A stretch of DNA of 64,000 nucleotides, from the NCBI GenBank assembly GCA_963753345.1, contig CAVWBU010000024.1, forward strand, positions 192,001-256,000, written 5' to 3'. A program made the translations under genes and the position numbers. The first letter of the stretch is position 1. Every line of letters starts with the position of its first letter. Positions 55,956 through 64,000 of the stretch are shown here, one piece after another. The notes beneath the pieces are model-generated. The model was not told the origin of the DNA. It did no database searches and saw nothing but the letters and a program-made list of their open reading frames with translations. This DNA is from an uncultured Fibrobacterota bacterium. Its GTDB lineage: Bacteria; Fibrobacterota; Chitinivibrionia; Chitinivibrionales; FEN-1185.

Positions 55956-58900
55956 ATGAAAAACTCAAAGATTTTTCTGTTATGTTTTTCTATCCTGTTC
56001 TGCATGGGGACAGGGCAAAGAGCATTTGCCGATCCAGACTCAACAAAATGGTATCTCGGCCAGACTGCTGTTTCCGGAGTGACCCCTTCTGCACAAGGTA
56101 ATCTGCAAGGAACCACCACAGGCTTCGGAACTGGATGGACACCAGTCGTTACTCTTTCAACAACCCCCTATTATTGGTATTCAAACACTCTGAATGGAAG
56201 TATCGCTTCAGGATCTTGGTATGATAGCATTATCACAAATGCTACTGCAGGTACAGTGTGCGTTTCAATCTATAAAACTAATAGTGATGGAAGTGGCGCG
56301 ACCATGATCTGCAGCACATCAGTAACCAACCACGGAGGAGGAAATAATTATGATCCCCTTTCCGTCTCAGGAGTCTCTGCAGTAAGTCTTTCCAATCAAC
56401 GTTTAAGGGTCGGAGTTTCAGCAAGTGCAGGGATCACCATGGCCTATGCAGTTACCGCTTTTGGCCTTGCTACGGGTGATGGACCAAGCATTAACTCGCC
56501 TCCTGTAACCTACGGACCCTCTGCTCCAACCGGTTTAACAGTAACTCCAGGAACGATAACCCAGACAGGTGCCGCATTTACATGGACAGCCGGTTCTGAC
56601 GGGGCATCATCATATAATCTCCAAGTGTCCACGAGTCCTACTTTTTCTTCACCAGTCGTAACTGCAACAATCAACAGCCCGACTACGAGCTATTCAACGA
56701 CAGCACTCACAGCAGGCACGACTTATTACTGGCAGGTCCAGGATGACTCATCAGGTATTTATGGTCCTTGGGCTGGTGGGCCAAGATTTGTAACATTTCC
56801 CGCAGCACCAAGTTTAACTTCTCCTTCAAGCGATACGACAAATGAATCTAGTTATGCCGACAATGCAATGGGGGTCTGTAACTGGCGCAACTTCTTATAC
56901 GTTAAAGATTTCAACTAATTCGGATTGTTCATCTCCTATTGATAGTCTATATGGTATTTCCTCAATATCACAAACCGTATCGTCTCCATTGTCAGCCAAC
57001 ACGCAATATTATTGGGAAGTCGGTGCAGTCGATAGTAGCGGAATAACATGGTCATCTTCTATTTGGAGTTTTACAACTGGCACTCCACCACCGATCCCAT
57101 CACCACCAACCGGCCTGGCAGTAGGAAGCATAACTTCAACAGGGGCGACATTTACATGGACTGGTTCAAGCGGAGCGACGTCATATAATCTCCAAGTGTC
57201 TACAAGTCCAACTTTCTCCCCTCTAGCCGTAAATGCAACAGGGATCACAGGCACGAGCTATTCAACCACGGCTTTGACGGCCGGCACGACCTATTATTGG
57301 CAAGTTAATGCCATGAATTCAGGCGGTCCAAGTTCATGGGCCATTCCCAGTCCGACAACATTTACAACCTTTGCTCCTCCCGCTTCAGCAAACGGATCGC
57401 TCAAAGACACGAACATCAAATATTTTGGCCGATGGGACAAGAGCGATACGACTGTCTACCATGGCTATTGGGGAGGGGCATATCTGAAGGTGAGGTTTAC
57501 AGGCACGACTGTCAAGATCAATTTAGGAAACAACCTGAGATATTATATAAAAATTGACGATAACCCATGGGTCAGGCTCATGACAGCCACCAATGGGACG
57601 AACAATCTCACTCCGACTCCCTTGGCTCAGGGAACGCATACATTGGTCGTCGCCCAGGGACAGGATGTCACCTACGATTTTGCCTTTAAGGGACTCATTC
57701 TGGACTCGGGGGCATACACCCTTCCCCCGACCGTGGAACTGACCTTATTGAGTGGATCGGCGATTCCATAACCGACGGGTACATTGATTCCATGAGCGAG
57801 TGTCGGCGTATGCCTGGATATGCGCCGAGTCGCTTGGCTGCGAGCACACTCAAATTGCCTATGTCGGTATCTCACTCGTTAACGGATACGGACAGCAGCA
57901 TACCACAGGAATGACTACGCAATATTTCAAGCTGCAGGACATCAGTTACGGGGCGTCCGTCAATTGGAACTTTTCGCTATACACCCCCAAAGTCGTCGTC
58001 ATAAATCTCGGCACCAACGACGGAGAGACCGGGAAGCCGACGGACATATACCAGAGCACGTATATTACTTTTCTGGACAGCATCCGGGCGAAATTTCCTA
58101 AGGCCAATATATTCGTCCTGGTACCCAACGCGGGATATATGAGAGCACAAGACTCGGCCGCATATCTTGCCCGGCTCGCAGCAGGCGACAGCGGGGTTCA
58201 TTATCTAAATACAACGGGCTGGCTGACGAGTGCCTATCTGGAACCCGATGGGATCCATCCCAACGAAAGCGGACATGCCAAGCTCGCCGGTTTATTGGGG
58301 CCGTTTATCTCCCCGTATCTGACTCCCTCGCCCCCTATTATAAATCCTGACGGCGGCACCTATTCTGATTCCGTGAGTGTCACTATGTCTGCGAAGAACG
58401 GGACGATACGATACACGCTCGATAACTCAAATCCGTCCAGGAATTCCACGCAATATACCGCTCCATTCACCATAAAGACAACCACGACTGTGAAGGCCTG
58501 TTCATTCACGTCGAAGGACAGCAGCGCCGTGGCGTCAGGATCGTTCGTCATAATAACAAACGGTCAATTAGCGGTCCAATCAATTTCTCCATCCTCCGGA
58601 ATAAATAACGCCCCGGTCCAGATAACCAACTTGAGCGGCTTGAATTTCATTGCCGGCGCAACCGTCAAACTGGCAAAGGCGGGGCAGGCCGATATCAATG
58701 CAACCAACGTGTTGGTTGTTTCTTCAACCAAAATCACTTGCACTTTTGATATCACAAATGCTGCGCCCGGCGCATGGGATATCGTTGTTGTCAATCCCGA
58801 CACAAAAAGCGGCACACTCAGCCAGGGCTTTACGGCGTCTTCTCCGCCGCCGGTTCTGGTATCCCCCGCCAACAACGCGACCAACGTCAGCCTGACCCCG

Positions 58901-60628
58901 ACTTTGATATGGCACAAGGCTACAAACGACTCCCTTTACACGGTGCAACTTTCAGCTTCATCGGGATTCTCGCCGTTGTTGGTAAATAACAATCAAGTTT
59001 CCGATACCTCGTTCGCTTTATCGCCGTCCGTGCTTTCAAATAATTTTTCCTATTATTGGAAAGTGGCCAGTACCAAAAAAGGCGGCGAGATCACGGTTTT
59101 CTGCACGCCTTGGACCTTTACCACTGTTCCAGCCATTCCCGGCGTTCCTAATTGCCTTTCGCCCGCAGCAGGCGCAACAAATGTTGCCTTAACTGCTCCG
59201 CTCATTTGGAGCAAGGTGGCGGGAGCGATTTCTTATCATACTCAAATCGCAACTGACACCGGTTTCACGGTCGTCGTGAAGGACAGCGCCGGCCTGTCGG
59301 ACACCACACTTGCATTGAGCGGATTTGCAAACAACACCCGTTATTTCTGGCGCGTTCAGGCCATAAACCCGGGCGGCGCAAGCGCCTGGTCCGTCGACAG
59401 CTTCACCACCATTGCGCCACAATCGGTCATTGCCAACGTGGGCTGGAACATGGTCTCCTTTAACATGCAGCCGAAAGATTCCTCATGCGCCACGATATTC
59501 GGCAATCTGCCGGGCCTTGTGCTTGTCAAGAACAACGGCGGACAGGTCTACTGGCCCGCCCTTCCCCTCAATACGATAGTAAGCGTGGCGACCGGCCAGG
59601 GATACCAGCTCTACACGGACACGCTTGACACAATCGTGATACCGGGCAATCCCTGCAATGTGGCAACGACGCCTGTTTCGCTTGGCGCAGGATGGAACAT
59701 GTTCGCCTATCTGCCGCAATCTTCCATGGCCCTCACGACCGCTTTGGCAGGCATAACCTCCCAGATCACCATAGTGAAAAACAACGGCGGCCAGGTGTAT
59801 TGGCCCGCATTGTCGATAAACAATATCGGCACAATGATCCCTGGCCAGGGATACATGGCTTGCATGAACCAGGCTGCCGTGCTCACCTATCCGAACGCAG
59901 GCACGCCAAAGAAGGCGGCGATTGCCGATAAAACAATCGCGCTTCCTCTTGCCAAGCATTATGCGCTCAGCAAGAACACCGGCGCCAATGCCACGGTGCT
60001 TGCGACCAGTGTGCTGTTGAACGGCAAACCTGCCCCGGACGGGTGCGAAGTGGGGGCCTATGACGCCAAGGGCAATCTGGCCGGGTCCGGGGTCGTCATG
60101 AGGGGCGTGACCGCGTTTTCGGTATGGGGCATTGATTCCCGCACAAAGGTCAAGGATGGACTTACAGACGGAGAAGACATTACCCTGAAAGTGTGGAACG
60201 GATCCAAAGAGTATCCTCTGGAATTCAGCCCAAGCAACCCAAGGGGTGTAGCAACAGGTCAAGCAGGCGGCGGAGTTGTCCCGGCCAAGCAACTCACCTA
60301 CAATGGGAATGGAATCTATATTGGAAGCCTTTCAGTCCCAAGCTTCTATTTCATCAAGCAGTTTGCCCTGCATGGAACATGCGCGGGCATTAACGGTCTG
60401 GTGAAAATCATGTTTGACGTGCCGTATGACAACAAGGACATGCATAACGTGGCAATCAATCTCTTTGACGTGAGCGGACGTTCGGTGCGGCGGATTGCAT
60501 CCGGCGCGTACCCTGCGGGCCATTACACGGTCACCTGGAACGGCTCGACCACGGGCACAGGGATATACATCGTGCAGATGAAGGCCGAGAGCTTTGACAG
60601 CAAGGCGCGGTTGATGATTGTCAGATAA
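55956..60628 (+). CDS. Large secreted modular protein (Fn3-like repeats, SGNH/GDSL esterase, chitobiase-C-like, IPT/TIG, T9SS-type CTD); three frameshifts as sequenced
   Basis: ORFs 55890..56918, 56842..57771 and 57800..60628 join via indels at about 56850, 57736 and 57800. The SGNH blocks are GDSIT (in the bridging frame), NLGTND and DGIHP. Confidence 0.75.
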
Positions 60629-60640
60629 GGAATAAAATTC

Positions 60641-60672
60641 CCCGCTCTCGCGTTTTTAAAGGAGCGGGTTTT
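60641..60672 (+). terminator. Possible intrinsic terminator
   Basis: CCCGCTC...GAGCGGG followed by TTTT, with a long loop. Confidence 0.35.
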
Positions 60673-60714
60673 CCGAGAAAAACAGAATCAGTCCAAGGAA
60701 CCCGGAGGATTTTA

Positions 60715-62421
60715 ATGACGTTCTTAAAAGTCGGAAGGGCCGTCATACACGGTGTGGCAATCATGTCCCTGATAATGGCCGCGGCTGTTTACAGCCAGAC
60801 CCATTTTACTTTCACCTCGAATACGGGCAACAACATGACGGTGGGTATCCAAGCATCAATCAATCCCACGGTGAATGGAACCGCCATAGCCACTGGTGAC
60901 GAAATTGGAGTATTTGACGGCAGTTTGTGCGTGGGCGCGTGCGTGTGGACAGGAAGCACCACAGCCATAACAGTCTGGGGAGCCTGCTCAAACCCCGCGA
61001 TTGTGGGCGCCACAGTGGGCGATACACTCAAGTACAGGGTTTGGCACGTGTCAACGTCCCAAGAAATTCCTGCCATCGTCACCTATTCGTCAGGCGGACC
61101 GACATACTCCGTCAACGGAATCGCCGTCCTGGCGAGTTTGGTCGCAAATACCTATGCGGTTACCTACAACGGCAACGGGAGTACCGGCGGCGCGGTGCCT
61201 GTTGATGCGAACAACTATCAGCAGGGAGCTACCGTTACGGTTCTTGGCAACACGGGAAGTCTTGTCAAGACCGGTTATACCTTTTCCGGATGGAACACTG
61301 CAGCAAACGGCACCGGTACGAGTTACGCTGCCGCCGTAACTTTCACTATGGGAACGGCGAATGTCACCCTTTATGCGCAGTGGACGTTAATTCCGACTTA
61401 TACGATGACCTACAGCGGCAACGGGAGTGCCGGCGGCACAGTGCCGACTGATGCGAACAGTTATCAGCAGGGAGCTACCGTTACGGTTCTTGGCAACACG
61501 GGAAGTCTTGTCAAGACCGGTTATACCTTTTCCGGATGGAACACTGCAGCAAACGGCACCGGTACGAGTTACGCTGCCGCCGTAACTTTCACTATGGGAA
61601 CGGCGAATGTCACCCTTTATGCGCAGTGGACGTTAATTCCGACTTATACGATGACCTACAGCGGCAACGGGAGTGCCGGCGGCGCGGCGCCGACTGATGC
61701 GAACAGCTATCAGCAGGGAGCTACGGTCACGGTGCTTGGCAACACGGGAAGTCTCGTGAGGACCGGTTATACCTTTGCCAAGTGGAACACTGCCGCAGAC
61801 GGAAGCGGCACGAATTATGCGCCACTGGCAACTTTCCCCATGGGAACGGCGAATGTCACCCTTTATGCGCAGTGGAACATAACTACCTTTACACTTTCAT
61901 TAGCGCATGTCATTGGAACCGCCGCTCCGGTTGCCGACAGAGATACCACAGTCAATTACGGGGACACGGTGCGGGTGACCGCGCCCGCGATATCCGGAGA
62001 CATTTTTGTGGTATGGAGAATTACTGCTGGGACAGCCGCGTTGGTCGATTCAACCGCCCAGCCCGCAAAGCTTGTTCTGACCAGCGGCGATGCAACGCTG
62101 ACCGCGGTGTATGATGTAGCGAGCGCAGTCTTGAACAGAAGGAATTCTCTGCCCACATCGTTCGATTTTTCCTATAATGCCAGGCTCTCCAGCATCCGAA
62201 TAGCCGTGCCGCGCATCGCCGGATATTCCAGTGTTTTGGTGCGCGTCGGTCTTTTCGATGCGAAAGGACGTCTCCTGTCGATTCTTGTCGATAGGGAAAT
62301 GCAGGCGGGTTATTATGACCTGAGGTTGAATGAAGGGAAAAGTGCGATGCCGGTTTGGGGTATTTGCAGAATGGACGCGAAGGGTTTCAGCAGGACGGTA
62401 AAGGTGACATGCGCAAGGTAA
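60715..62421 (+). CDS. Secreted protein with three InlB B-repeat (Listeria-Bacteroides repeat) domains and a CTD-like tail
   Basis: Signal peptide, three copies of Y..NG..GG..P.D...Y..G..VTV.GN.G.L...GYTF..WNT...NVTLYAQW, and a tail LFDAKGRL. Confidence 0.85.
   Translation: MTFLKVGRAVIHGVAIMSLIMAAAVYSQTHFTFTSNTGNNMTVGIQASINPTVNGTAIATGDEIGVFDGSLCVGACVWTGSTTAITVWGACSNPAIVGATVGDTLKYRVWHVSTSQEIPAIVTYSSGGPTYSVNGIAVLASLVANTYAVTYNGNGSTGGAVPVDANNYQQGATVTVLGNTGSLVKTGYTFSGWNTAANGTGTSYAAAVTFTMGTANVTLYAQWTLIPTYTMTYSGNGSAGGTVPTDANSYQQGATVTVLGNTGSLVKTGYTFSGWNTAANGTGTSYAAAVTFTMGTANVTLYAQWTLIPTYTMTYSGNGSAGGAAPTDANSYQQGATVTVLGNTGSLVRTGYTFAKWNTAADGSGTNYAPLATFPMGTANVTLYAQWNITTFTLSLAHVIGTAAPVADRDTTVNYGDTVRVTAPAISGDIFVVWRITAGTAALVDSTAQPAKLVLTSGDATLTAVYDVASAVLNRRNSLPTSFDFSYNARLSSIRIAVPRIAGYSSVLVRVGLFDAKGRLLSILVDREMQAGYYDLRLNEGKSAMPVWGICRMDAKGFSRTVKVTCAR
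61165..61880 (+). repeat. Intragenic 246-bp tandem repeat, three copies
   Basis: Units start at 61165, 61411 and 61657. Long stretches are identical at the nucleotide level between units 1 and 2. Confidence 0.92.
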
Positions 62422-62654
62422 AAATCGAAAAGGTTTTCTTGCAGGTCTACGACATAATAAGTGCAGCAAGAAATTGTGGTATCTATTTTGGTAACTATTC
62501 CCATCGCGTCTATGGCGAACAGGGCGCTTCCGCCTGCCGATTTCATTATGCAAACACCATATGCACTTTGTCAATATGACTTATCGCCCAAAGGTCGCCC
62601 GGTCTCAAACGCCCTATCGCCAAGGTGCCTGCGGAAAAAACCAACCCCTGCCCG

Positions 62655-64000
62655 CTATTGAAGTATCACCTTTTGACTTGCATTCCGGTCTCCTGCGAGC
62701 ACATTGACAATATAGACCCCGCTCCGGCGGCTGCCGGCATTCCAGATTACCGAGTTATTCGCGATATTTTTGCTGAGATCCGCAACAAGGCGTCCCGCCA
62801 TGTCGGTGACAGTAATGCGAAGGCCTTTTTCCATAGCCGCGCCATCGATTTTGATGGTGACGTTCGAGTGAAATAAATTATGAGAGACCGCCAATTCTAG
62901 CATCGAGGGGGTTCTGGCGATCGGCAGGTTTTTTACGGGAATGGTCAGTGAAAAGGTGCTGCCGGAATCCTGGCCGTAGCCATAACCATGGGCGGGCGGA
63001 CTCTGATAGGTCATGTCGCCATACAAGGCGTCCGCTCCGGCAACCGATGCCGTGGCCGTGGACAGGACCGAAGACGGCGGCGGTGCGGCGCGCCACACAT
63101 CCCAGACCACGAGGTTGCCCGAACCGGTGCTGTATGCCTGGAAATTCCAATCGCCCATGTAGGTGTTGTTGTAGAATTTGTTGTTCTGAAGGAATGTCTC
63201 CTTTGTCGCGGTCACATACCCCAGATACTGCTGGCCGGTGACCGTATCCGCTATCGTGCCATACGATCCAATGATCGCATTGCGGCCGCAGTTGCTGTTT
63301 CCGGCGCCGCCGATGTTGCTTTTGTTTATCTCGAAAACATTGTCATGAATGCGAACGTTGCGCACATACCAGCGGCGCTGGGCATTGTTCAGGTCGATAA
63401 GCGGGCAGTATCCGGTGCTCGTATTGGCGACCGAACTGCAGAACCGGTCGGGCGCTTCGAACATCACAACGCCGTTCCAGTTGTCTTTGAAATAGTTTCC
63501 GCTGATCTCCGAAACAGCATAGGTTGAACTTACGGCCGCTTCGCCCGAAGAACTTGAGATATAAATCGCGCCGTCCGGAAACGCGTCGGTGCCGCGGGCT
63601 TTTCCCTTTACGAGGTTGTTCCGGACAAAGGTATTGTCCTGGATAAGAAAGTTATAGCTGATTTCGTACATAACTCCTTCAGCGTCGTTATCCGAGATAT
63701 AGTTCCCTTCAACAAGGAAATTACGGTTATCGGTATCCATCCATAACCCGACGCTTAAATTGTTGTGGACATAGTTGCCGCGAATCTCACACCCGTCGGC
63801 ATCCCAGAACTTGCCGCCGCCGGTGCAACCGCACCCGCCGGGTATCGTGTGCTCCAGATCATCAGTGTTGTTGCCGCTTATCTCGTTGCTGTCGAGCGTT
63901 GTGTGTTTGCCGAACACCTGGAATCCGTATTGGCCGTTGTTTCTCAAACAGTTCTGGCAGACCTCGCAGGTGTCGCCCAGGAACACGGCTCCTCCGTGAT
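62655..64000 (-). CDS. Right-handed parallel beta-helix protein with a T9SS-type CTD, 5' end outside the window
   Basis: Repeating N-rich beta-helix motifs (GNYVHNN..VGLW.D, GNYISDN...G.MYEIS) and a CTD (TDMAGRLV...WNA....SGVY.V). Confidence 0.85.
   Translation of the reverse strand, partial: HGGAVFLGDTCEVCQNCLRNNGQYGFQVFGKHTTLDSNEISGNNTDDLEHTIPGGCGCTGGGKFWDADGCEIRGNYVHNNLSVGLWMDTDNRNFLVEGNYISDNDAEGVMYEISYNFLIQDNTFVRNNLVKGKARGTDAFPDGAIYISSSSGEAAVSSTYAVSEISGNYFKDNWNGVVMFEAPDRFCSSVANTSTGYCPLIDLNNAQRRWYVRNVRIHDNVFEINKSNIGGAGNSNCGRNAIIGSYGTIADTVTGQQYLGYVTATKETFLQNNKFYNNTYMGDWNFQAYSTGSGNLVVWDVWRAAPPPSSVLSTATASVAGADALYGDMTYQSPPAHGYGYGQDSGSTFSLTIPVKNLPIARTPSMLELAVSHNLFHSNVTIKIDGAAMEKGLRITVTDMAGRLVADLSKNIANNSVIWNAGSRRSGVYIVNVLAGDRNASQKVILQ

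Noticed and set aside
61165-61880. Possible CRISPR array or DGR template/variable repeat pair
   Set aside because: The repeats are in-frame 246-bp protein domains without spacers. There are no cas genes, reverse transcriptase or adenine-specific mismatch pattern.

Overview
About 64 kb of mostly high-GC bacterial chromosome. It most likely comes from a Fibrobacterota (Chitinivibrionia-like) organism; this is inferred from a TIGR02171-like lipoprotein, PorU/PorZ-like type IX secretion components and T9SS-type C-terminal domains. Housekeeping genes include lepB, recO, dprA, an ftsB-like gene, divIVA, yggS, rsmE, an rlmD-like gene, folK, ndk and msbA. There are two envelope glycosyltransferase clusters and, at the right end, three large modular secreted proteins. 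A lower-GC type I restriction-modification locus (hsdM-hsdS-X-hsdR) carries an ABC-ATPase/TOPRIM gene as cargo. A DUF559 nuclease gene is bracketed by palindromic inverted repeats, and several intergenic elements are highly structured. Six single-base frameshifts interrupt otherwise intact genes and are probably sequencing or assembly errors. No rRNA, tRNA or CRISPR array was recognised. The strongest leads for an undescribed system are: (1) the ABC-ATPase-TOPRIM gene at the PrrC position of the type I R-M locus; (2) the repeat-flanked DUF559 cassette; (3) the porZ/porU-flippase-glycosyltransferase neighbourhood; (4) a Cys-Gly C-terminal anchor candidate.
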